From contig JBILLK010000002.1 of NCBI GenBank assembly GCA_044376115.1, positions 352,001-416,000 of the forward strand: DNA of 64,000 bases, read 5' to 3'. Each line of letters starts with the position of its first letter. Position 1 is the stretch's first letter. The position numbers and the translations under genes were made by a program. The notes beneath the pieces were generated by a model. The model was not told where the DNA came from, ran no database searches, and was given only the letters and a program-made list of their open reading frames with translations. This DNA is from Polyangiaceae bacterium. Its GTDB lineage: Bacteria > Myxococcota_A > Polyangia > Polyangiales > Polyangiaceae. Below are positions 1 through 7,463 of this stretch, piece after piece.

Positions 1-556
1 GCGCCGAGAAGGTCTCGCCGCCATCGGACGAGACGAGGCCGACAATGTCAGTCGCGAGTGTGCCGTTGTTCAACGAGAGGCCGTGGTCGGCCGTGCCCAC
101 CATCGACACCATGACGAAGTGCCTGCTCTTCGGCATCGAAGGGCTTTGCACTTGGTGAAAGCTCACGGGGACGGGCGAGCCCTCATACGCTCGAAACGCA
201 GAGCGATCATCACTTGGCTGGCTAGCTGGCAAAGACCAGGTGTTGGCTGCCGGCTTCGTCCAAGTGCTTCCATTGTCGTGGCTCCAGGCCCAAAGCGCGT
301 TGCCAACGCCCTTCTCGTAGCCGATAACAACGTCGCTCATCCAGTCGACCGCGTTGGGCCGATACTCCCCGTTTGATGAGGCCACGTTGGGCGACTTTCC
401 CGGCACCTTGTCAAAGTCGGATATGCCCTGGATGGTTTGAAGAACCGCTAGCGGCTGCAGCGCGGTGTCCACTTCTTCCGACTCTGTCGGCTCACACGCG
501 CTGAGGCTAATTGCGGCGAAGAGGGTTACCCCCCCCAAAATGTTACGTTTGGTCAC
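1..556 (-). CDS. Lipoprotein with BNR/Asp-box repeats (sialidase-like propeller); 3' end runs off the window
   Basis: Manual translation from GTG at 556 (RBS GGAG upstream): signal peptide ending LSA-C, Asp-box motifs SHDNGSTW and SSDGGETF, open to the window edge. Not in the ORF track because it has no stop. Confidence 0.75.
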   Translation of the reverse strand, partial: MTKRNILGGVTLFAAISLSACEPTESEEVDTALQPLAVLQTIQGISDFDKVPGKSPNVASSNGEYRPNAVDWMSDVVIGYEKGVGNALWAWSHDNGSTWTKPAANTWSLPASQPSDDRSAFRAYEGSPVPVSFHQVQSPSMPKSRHFVMVSMVGTADHGLSLNNGTLATDIVGLVSSDGGETFSA

Positions 557-755
557 TTGTTGCTCCTGTGAATCAGTAGGTAAAATCACCGATTCGCAGT
601 CCTGATAGCGCGATTGGCACATCGACAGCAACGGGCTTTTCGTTCCGACCCGCAATCGTCACAATTGGACCGGCCGGTCGCTTCTAGCGCCCCCATGCGC
701 CGCACTTTAGTTGGAGCGGGCTCTCCTCGCCACTCGGCTTCGCTGCTGTCGTGAA

Positions 756-1053
756 TCCACTCCCCGCGAATTCTCTTCGCCCTCCTCACACGAAATTCCA
801 TTCGAGTGGATTCACGCCTGGCGCCTGCACCACAAAATCCACTCGAGTGGATGTTTGCACTGCGACGCGTCACAAGATCCACTCGAGTGGATTTTGCGAA
901 GCTGAGTCCATCCAAAAATCCACTCGAGTGGATTCTTGTGGCGCCGTGCGTCAGAAAGTTCCACTCGAGTGGATTTTGAGACCTTGGGAGCTCAGAAAAT
1001 CCACTCGAGTGGATTCTGCAGCGCGGTGCGTTAAAAATCTCCACTCGAGTGGA
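756..1053. repeat. Array of 8 palindromic repeats TCCACTCGAGTGGA with unique 26-27 bp spacers (period 40-41 bp)
   Basis: Repeat starts at 756 (degenerate), 797 (1 mismatch), 838, 878, 919, 960, 1000 and 1040. Repeats are flanked by A-tracts and T-tracts that extend the palindrome. Confidence 0.95.
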
Positions 1054-1144
1054 TTTGGCGAGGGTTGGCGGCCGGTGGGGAAGGGCTGGCTAACTTTCTC
1101 AACTTTCTTTCGGAGTTTCGTCCTCGAGGATCGCCTTAAGCAAT

Positions 1145-1216
1145 GAGGGCGCGATGGGAGCGCCGAGGCGTGACGGCATGAGGCCGCGCGCTCGGCGGAG
1201 CTCCATGCGCTCGCTC
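1145..1216 (+). promoter_or_regulatory. Long imperfect hairpin ending directly at the RBS (AAGGAG 1217-1222) of the 295-aa gene
   Basis: Left arm GAGGGCGCGATGGGAGCGCCGAGGCG pairs, with bulges, to right arm CGCGCTCGGCGGAGCTCCATGCGCTCGCTC. Confidence 0.55.
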
Positions 1217-1229
1217 AAGGAGAACGCTC

Positions 1230-2117
1230 ATGACCATGTCCGATCCCAATTCCGTCAACTCGGGCTCTGCAGCGGCACCGGTGGATTTTCGCGACGCGCT
1301 CGAGGCCTGCCGCGCTGAGTTCAGCACCATCGAGGAGCAGGATTTCCAGCTGATTAACATCGATATCACCGCGCGTTGCACGGTGGTCCTCGGTCACTGC
1401 GAGAAGCTGATGGGACTGTGCCCGCAAGTGCGAGACGAGCTACCCAAGTTCGATATCAGCTCCTTCGAGACGCTGGAGATCAAGACGAAGGCGGCGTTGC
1501 AAGCTCACTTCGATCACCTGCTCGCGAGCGCCAAGCCCGGTGAGATCCCGGAGCTCGACGCGAAGTTGACGCGCTTCCGCACGCTGTTCGTGAGCGACAT
1601 CAACGGCCTGGCGACGCGCGGGCTGATGGACAACAGCAAGCTGCCCGACCTCAAGAGCGCGAGCGGCCACCGCAACCAGGCTGAGTCTGTGTTCGCGCTC
1701 ACAGCGCACTTGCGCCGCAGCTGGGAGACCATTCGCACGCGCACCGCGGTCACCCTCGATGAGCTTGAGGAGGCCGAGTCAACCGCGCAAAGCATGCTGA
1801 TGGCGCTCGCACGCAGAGACGCTTCAGTGATCGCGCCGAACGAAGCGGCGCGGGCTCGTCGTCAGGCGTACACGCTCTTCTACCGCGCCTATGCGCAAGT
1901 GCGTCGCGCTGTGCTCTTCCTGCGTGAGCCCTTCGGCGACATCGAAGCGTTCGCACCCACCCTCCGCACGATCGAGCGCAAGGCCAGTCGCGATGAGGGT
2001 GAACAAGCCGCAGAGCCGGCGCTCGTCGCGCCGGCGCAGAAGCCTTCGAATGCAACGAACGACGGCAGCTCGAATAGCATCGGTCTGCCTACCGACGACC
2101 CGCTCGGTCGAGGCTAA
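1230..2117 (+). CDS. Hypothetical protein, 295 aa, predicted all-alpha, adjacent to the array
   Basis: Strong RBS, GC3-biased codons, amphipathic helical sequence, disordered C-terminal tail; no recognisable catalytic motif. Confidence 0.85.
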   Translation: MTMSDPNSVNSGSAAAPVDFRDALEACRAEFSTIEEQDFQLINIDITARCTVVLGHCEKLMGLCPQVRDELPKFDISSFETLEIKTKAALQAHFDHLLASAKPGEIPELDAKLTRFRTLFVSDINGLATRGLMDNSKLPDLKSASGHRNQAESVFALTAHLRRSWETIRTRTAVTLDELEEAESTAQSMLMALARRDASVIAPNEAARARRQAYTLFYRAYAQVRRAVLFLREPFGDIEAFAPTLRTIERKASRDEGEQAAEPALVAPAQKPSNATNDGSSNSIGLPTDDPLGRG

Positions 2118-2281
2118 ACAGGGGCTGAGCCGCGGTCTCGCGGTCGCTCGACCGCTCAAGCTGAAGAAGGAGGGGACGCCGGTAGATTTGCCGGCGCACC
2201 ACCTCGTTAACGCTCGACATCGGGGCGTGGACGAAGTCGGTGGAGGGCTAATCTCCAGCGACGATCGTGCGCGTCGCGCAC

Positions 2282-2448
2282 CTCGATAGGTGTAGCCCGC
2301 TTACCGCCACACTCAGCCAACCCACCCTACCAAAGGCCGCTGGTCGCGCTGATGAAGCAAGCGCGCGCCTTCAGCGTGGGCGTGGTGATAGCCAGGCGAA
2401 ACTCAAGCGACCTCGACTACCCGCTCGCTACGCAACGCCGGGCTTTGG
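2282..2448 (+). pseudogene. Degraded fragment of a HerA/FtsK-like (DUF87/DUF853-type) ATPase
   Basis: Reads [40 protein letters not shown], then RSLRNAGLW in the next frame. This matches the family pattern DEVYGFLPP..KQARAFGVGVVxATQNPxDLDY..NAGxW. The Walker B region is disrupted. Confidence 0.7.
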
Positions 2449-2503
2449 TCTGGTACTTCGCGCATAGCATCCGTAGATTGATGAGTATGGGGCGCTGAAA
2501 AGA

Positions 2504-3499
2504 ATGAACTGCGTGGCTTGCGGTTCGCCGATCAACAGACGGGGCTATAATAAGCGTGACAACCCGAATGGTCGCGCGCTCGAACACGCAATTCCGGCGT
2601 GGCTTCAGTCAGACCTCGGTATCGCCTGCGAACAGTTCACCCAGCGACACCAAGGATTCGGTCCGGACGAAGGTCAGATCGTCTTGGCAGCCGAGATCGA
2701 TAGTCTCTGCATCACGGAGAAATCGCCGCCGCGGACGCTCGTGCCCGACAAGCGCCTACACGGTGGAGTGTGTTGGCCATGCAACGGAGGTTGGATGCAT
2801 GACCTTGAGAGTGCCGCACAGTCGATACTCCGACCGCTCATTGAAGGGCACTCAAGCTTTGCTGAGCTTGCCGTAGATGCGCGCACGGCCTTAACAAGAT
2901 GGCTTTTGAAGACGGCCTTCTTCATTTGCGACACCAGCGCAGGGCCGACAATGGTTCCCGCAGAACATATGCAGCTCGCGATGCGAGGAGCGTTACCTGA
3001 TGGCCTTGCGCTGTTCGGCGCACCCAATCCGTCCCCGGGAGTCTACGGCTGTCACGTCGACCGACACTGGCTAGAACTTCAGCCCATTCAGGGTGACTCT
3101 CCGGACCTGAAAACCCTGGCGGGCCAGTCCTACAAGTTCTCCATCATGCTCGGGCGAGCGCTGTTCTCGTTGGTCTACTGGCCCCCAATCGGCGATTGGA
3201 ACCTTGCGATTACCCCAAGTCTTCACGAGGAACTCTGGCCACGCGCGCGTGAGCGTGCGGTCATCCCATGGTCGATGCAGTTTCCAGTTACGCCTCACGT
3301 ACTCCTTGTTTTCCACTTCGCGACCGGCGTCACAGAGCGCCCATCCTGGACCACCTCCCACGAGCGCCTCGAGCTTCCCAACGGAAGCCGCGCGATCTTT
3401 GCTCACGAGGCTGCGCACATGCAGCTTGTTCATTTGCACTCGCTCAACGGCTGTCCCTACTTCGAGCCATCCCAAGTTGCCCGGTCCACGTCGACCTGA
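2504..3499 (+). CDS. HNH-endonuclease-like protein (Zn-binding CxxC..EH..CxxCN N-terminal domain)
   Basis: CVAC..EHAIPAW..VCWPCNGGWM motif; codon usage less GC3-biased than the core genes. Confidence 0.65.
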   Translation: MNCVACGSPINRRGYNKRDNPNGRALEHAIPAWLQSDLGIACEQFTQRHQGFGPDEGQIVLAAEIDSLCITEKSPPRTLVPDKRLHGGVCWPCNGGWMHDLESAAQSILRPLIEGHSSFAELAVDARTALTRWLLKTAFFICDTSAGPTMVPAEHMQLAMRGALPDGLALFGAPNPSPGVYGCHVDRHWLELQPIQGDSPDLKTLAGQSYKFSIMLGRALFSLVYWPPIGDWNLAITPSLHEELWPRARERAVIPWSMQFPVTPHVLLVFHFATGVTERPSWTTSHERLELPNGSRAIFAHEAAHMQLVHLHSLNGCPYFEPSQVARSTST

Positions 3500-3567
3500 A
3501 GACGGTGGGCCAGAACCCCACCTCATTGCACTCGCTCGTCCAGGCCAATAGGTTGGCCGCGTCCTTC

Positions 3568-4296
3568 ATGCTGAACCGACGGCCGTTTATCGCTGCGCTC
3601 GCCATCGCGTTCTTCGCCTGCGCTACGCCCCCGCAGCCTACGCGCGACACGGCCTCTGCGTCGGCGTCAGGGAGCGCCCGACGAAGCGTGTTGCCGCTGA
3701 TTCACGTTCCGAGCAGGTGCCACTACCTCCACCACGTACAGCTCCCGCGGCGAGCGGCGACGACCACCGCTGTTGAAGAGACCGCGACCGCTCTTGCCGA
3801 CGACGCTGGTACGACGTTCACGCTCGAACAACACGTGACGGGAGCTTCCCCGAAGGACGAGTTATTCGCGACCTCGGTCCATCGTCTCGACGCGCGTGGG
3901 TTCCTGCTGATGTCGTCGGTTGAAAGGTTCCCGGACAAACCACCTGACGCAATTACGTATGATCCGCCAAGACTCATTCTGCCGTCCGACCTGACGGCTC
4001 CCGCACCGTGGACCGTTCGCCGCTACGATGGCGGTGTGGCACAAGTCGTCGTCGAGCTCCGTTCAAGCTTCTGCGCTGACGGCGTCACGAGCAGCACCAG
4101 CTACACCTTCCCGAACGGCCGCTTCACGGTCAAACGAAGGCACTTTTGCTCTGGCGATGGATGGCGCGGCGAGGAGGTGATCTACAAAGATCCGGACGGC
4201 ACGCTCACCTGGATGTGGACCACCGACCTGACCTGCGAAGGTCACGCATTCGCCGATCCTGCTCTGAGCGCGCGCTTCCCTGAAGGGGCGCCCTAG
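3568..4296 (+). CDS. Hypothetical lipoprotein
   Basis: MLNRRPFIAALAIAFFAC signal/lipobox, in frame with ORF 3268..4296; beta-rich mature part. Confidence 0.65.
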   Translation: MLNRRPFIAALAIAFFACATPPQPTRDTASASASGSARRSVLPLIHVPSRCHYLHHVQLPRRAATTTAVEETATALADDAGTTFTLEQHVTGASPKDELFATSVHRLDARGFLLMSSVERFPDKPPDAITYDPPRLILPSDLTAPAPWTVRRYDGGVAQVVVELRSSFCADGVTSSTSYTFPNGRFTVKRRHFCSGDGWRGEEVIYKDPDGTLTWMWTTDLTCEGHAFADPALSARFPEGAP

Positions 4297-4298
4297 GC

Positions 4299-5208
4299 AT
4301 GCGCGACGCAGCCGATCGAAGGGCGATCTTGGCCAGGAGGAGCTTCCTCGTCTCCTCAGCGCTCGCGGGGCTCCACTGTTCGACGGGGCTCGCGGGAGCC
4401 GACGCGCCGAGGCCTGTCCCCCTCGTTTGGAAGGAGCACCTCGCGAAGGGCTCCGCCTCGGCTCGACACGACGGCGTTCCCCGAGATCGCTGCGCGCGCT
4501 CTCTTGAATTGGGTCACGTGGCTCGACAGAGCCTACTCCGCGATGGAGAAGCTGTTCGAGCCGGCTGGTGAGGAGGACTGCGCAGACAAGGCCGCTTGCA
4601 CTGAGCTCTGGACTGCGCGTTCAGAATGTCTCGAAGACGCTCGAGCTGCGCAGTCTCTACGTGGGTGTATCGGCTGCGGTGACGACGAGCTGCCCAAGAG
4701 GCTCGATGATTTCCTCCTGGCTCACGAGCGCTTCCTCGAGGCGTCGCTCAAGCTCGCGACGACGTATTGGACCGAGCTCGCCCATTCGATCGGGCCTGCG
4801 GCTCTGGAGGCGTGGCGTTCGCACGCGCCGGCAGCGCCAAACCCGTTTCAACCCTGCCTAAGCTGCCTGCCTCCCGAACGCGTGTCGCTACGTGCAAGGT
4901 TCACGTTCGCCGAGGGCTCGGCAGCGCTCGATCGAGACGCGGAGCTCGTCATCAACGAGGTCCTCGAGGCGCTGAAGGATCCTTCAATGCGCCTCGAGCT
5001 GTGGGGGCACGCGCTGACGTCAGAGCAGGACCCGACAACGCTGGCGAGGCTTCGAGCCGAGGCCGTGCTTACTGCGTTGACCGCGCGAGGCGTCGACCCC
5101 GCACGCGTGACCATCGTTCCGCTCGGCGTTGGGTTCGCCGAGCGAGGACTCGTCGAGGTGATGCGGCTAGATCCCCGACGGCGACACGGCGACGTCCTCG
5201 GGTGGTAG
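4299..5208 (+). pseudogene. OmpA-family domain protein split by a frameshift near 4448-4450 (pseudogene or sequencing error)
   Basis: N-terminal signal ILARRSFLVSSALAGLHC is in one frame; the OmpA-like C-terminus (FAEGSAALD..WGHA..LARLRAEAV..GVDPARV) is in another. Removing one G from AAGGG joins them as WKEHLAK-APPRLD. Confidence 0.7.
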
Positions 5209-5360
5209 TGCCCAGGCTCGGTGCCCAACCTCACCTGGAAGGGCGCGAGCACGGCGATCGGCCGGCCGGCCCGCGCGATCACGATGCGCGCACCGCCCTC
5301 CACCTCCTCGAGGAGCTTCGATAGCTGCGACTTCGCGTCGTGGATGTTCACCTGTCGCAC
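5209..5360 (-). pseudogene. Phd/YefM-family antitoxin, N-terminal half only, with no toxin gene
   Basis: MRQVNIHDAKSQLSKLLEEVEGGARIVIARAGRPIAVLAP is a typical prevent-host-death N-terminus; after ~50 aa the frame runs antisense into the OmpA gene. Confidence 0.75.
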
Positions 5361-5449
5361 GGACTAAACTTAGCTATCTGGAGCGCAAGCCGGAGTGCCT
5401 AAAGTGTCGGCCGTAGGGCAGGGCGAGTCTTTCATGCTGAACCGCCGCC

Positions 5450-5681
5450 TCGAGTGCCGTTGTGCCTTGGATAAACTATCTCAGGCACAATCTGCCGTTG
5501 CGGGCTTCACGTTCGGCTGCGCGCCACTTGCACACGCCGCTCGGTCCCTCGGCCCGCCCTGGAATCTGCGCGGATTCGATGTGTCCGGCCGGCGCACGGT
5601 GCAGCCTGCGCTATTCCGCGTACGCAGAGGGCCAGGCTCGAGTGCGATTGTGCCTTGGATAAACTATCCAAGGCACAATCG
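5450..5681. repeat. Two direct copies of a palindromic REP-like element TTGTGCCTTGGATA-AAC-TATCCAAGGCACAA
   Basis: Copy 1 at 5460-5490 (2 mismatches in the right arm); copy 2 at 5645-5681 (perfect 17-bp arms, 3-nt loop). Both are preceded by CTCGAGTGC. Confidence 0.9.
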
Positions 5682-5840
5682 GCATGCCGGTCGGCGGGGC
5701 TCATGACGGCGGCGATTCACGTCGACGCTGGACCAGCGCGGACCAACGTTGGCGGTGACGCTGGGGATCGCCCATCGAATTGGTCGTTTTGTGGAGTTCG
5801 GGCGCCCATCGGTGGGGGATGGGGCGCGTTTCTCAACAAT

Positions 5841-6003
5841 CCATCCAATTCGACCGCCCATCCCCGCGACCGCCCATCCCGGGACCGCCCATCTCCGGAC
5901 CGCCCATCCCCGGCGACCACCCATCCAATTCGACCGCCCATCCCCGGCGACCGCCAACCCCCTGACCGCCCATCCCCGGCGACCGCCCATCCCCGGGACC
6001 GCC
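5841..6003. repeat. Tandem array of ~15-18 bp units GACCGCCCATCCCCG / CCATCCAATTC
   Basis: About 9-10 consecutive units right after the stop of the ATP-grasp gene; partial inverted copies at ~5750-5830. Confidence 0.85.
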
Positions 6004-6972
6004 TCAGCCGAGCTTGCGGAGCTCGCTCTCGAGGAAGTCGACGACGCGTTCGAAGGGGTCGAAGCCGAAGGCCGCTGCGATGGGGGCGCGCAGGTTCGAG
6101 TTCGCGTTGATGTCGTAGAACACGGGGCCCTCGGGGGTCTCGATGAATTCGATGCCGGCGACGTCGAGGCCGCCGGCGCGTACGATCTTGCGGCCGGCCT
6201 CGACTGCGTCGGGGGAGACCTCGGGGTACGGATAGAACTCGACTGGCTGTGTGGGCTTCACTTCGGGTACGGCGCAGGCGCCCTCATCGCCGTCGACGGG
6301 GTTGCAGAGCTCGGAGGGGCACAGGTTGAAGCTGCCGTGGGAGACGACGCGCATCGCGTAGAGCAGCTCGCCACCGAGAAATTCCATGCGGACGATGCCG
6401 TGGGAGGTGTCGTACGGGACCTTCTCCTGCAACAGAAGCAGGTTGTCGGGCAGCCACAGCTCGGGGCGCTGCTCGAGCAAGCGCTCGAGCTCGTCGACCG
6501 TTTCGAGCAAGAACATGCGCGCGCCGCTGCCGCCTTGGTCCGGCTTCAGCAGCGCGGGCCAGGGAAAGCTCGCAGCCCGCGCGCGGACGGCCTTGGCGTC
6601 GTTGAACGTGATCGTGCGTGGGCCGCGCAGGCCGAGCTTGCGGAGCAGCGCCGCCTGCGCAGATTTGGACAGCTCGAGGGCGAACGTGCGCGAGCCGTTC
6701 AGCACGCGTGCCCCGGCTTCCTCCAGGTTCTTCATCAGCGCCAGCGCCAAGGGCACCGCCCGCGCGTTGCCGCGAAGGTAGGCGCTGGGGCTGGCCTGGC
6801 TGAAGTAGAGCTTCGCCTCGGGCACGTCGGCCTCATCGAAGGCCGCGGCTTTGAGGTCGAAGGGCTTGAAGGAGACCCCACGCCGCTCCAGCGCCGCAAA
6901 CAGCGGCTTCTGCCATTCCGGATGCTCGTGGATGACGATGAGATCGACGGGCTTCGATTGGAGCGCGGCCAT
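6004..6972 (-). CDS. RimK-like ATP-grasp ligase
   Basis: LKPDQGGSG, LLLQE, AGIEF..YDINANSN motifs. Confidence 0.85.
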   Translation of the reverse strand: MAALQSKPVDLIVIHEHPEWQKPLFAALERRGVSFKPFDLKAAAFDEADVPEAKLYFSQASPSAYLRGNARAVPLALALMKNLEEAGARVLNGSRTFALELSKSAQAALLRKLGLRGPRTITFNDAKAVRARAASFPWPALLKPDQGGSGARMFLLETVDELERLLEQRPELWLPDNLLLLQEKVPYDTSHGIVRMEFLGGELLYAMRVVSHGSFNLCPSELCNPVDGDEGACAVPEVKPTQPVEFYPYPEVSPDAVEAGRKIVRAGGLDVAGIEFIETPEGPVFYDINANSNLRAPIAAAFGFDPFERVVDFLESELRKLG

Positions 6973-7037
6973 GGCGGATTCATGTCCGTATCTGCCGGCC
7001 CGGTCAATCCGGATCGCGGTCCGAATTCCCTAGGCCC

Positions 7038-7448
7038 TCACTCTCCCTCGAGCTCCACCACCTTCAGCTCCAGCGCCCTGATCGCCGCGCGTACGGCCTC
7101 TTTCGGGTTTCGGGCGAGGTTCTCCTGTTGGACGCTGAGGGCGCGGCGGTAGAGGGCGAGGGCCTCGGGTTTGTGGCCTTCGCGTCGTTCGAGGTCGGCT
7201 TGTTCGCTCAGTAAGGCGACGAAGGCACCGACGTGTTCGCGGGTTTGCAATTCGGCCACGAGTTCGAGGGCTGAGCGTTCGGAGAGGGCGGCGGCCTCAA
7301 CGCCGAACAGGCTCTTGAAGGCGTCGCGCAAGACGATGTTGGCGCCGCTGAAGTCTCCGGCCGACTTCTTGGAAGAGACGCGCGCCAAGGTGTTGCCGAG
7401 CTCAACGGCGAGCTGGGCGACGGGTTTGGCGCGCACCTTGGAAGCCAT
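7038..7448 (-). CDS. TPR-like hypothetical protein
   Basis: EALALYRRALSV helix; co-oriented between icd and the ATP-grasp gene. Confidence 0.7.
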   Translation of the reverse strand: MASKVRAKPVAQLAVELGNTLARVSSKKSAGDFSGANIVLRDAFKSLFGVEAAALSERSALELVAELQTREHVGAFVALLSEQADLERREGHKPEALALYRRALSVQQENLARNPKEAVRAAIRALELKVVELEGE

Positions 7449-7463
7449 GCGAGTTTGCCGAAC

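Noticed and set aside
756..1053. Calling the array a canonical CRISPR
   Set aside because: The repeat and period are too short, the repeat is a perfect palindrome, spacers are partly related, and no cas genes are in the window. Kept as an unclassified array.
586..1146. ORFs on both strands through the array (IHSSGF / KSTRVD / PLEW repeats)
   Set aside because: They are translations of the same palindrome in shifting frames; unit lengths of 40 and 41 bp are not multiples of 3, and no RBS is evident.
2200..5450. Integron cassette array explaining the small accessory genes
   Set aside because: No convincing RYYYAAC..GTTRRRY attC sites between the genes and no integrase.
5749..7152. Long antisense ORFs (e.g. 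5749..7152, 11630..12667, 18877..19854, 56365..57471, 62470..63933)
   Set aside because: Shadow ORFs opposite well-supported genes, as expected in high-GC DNA.
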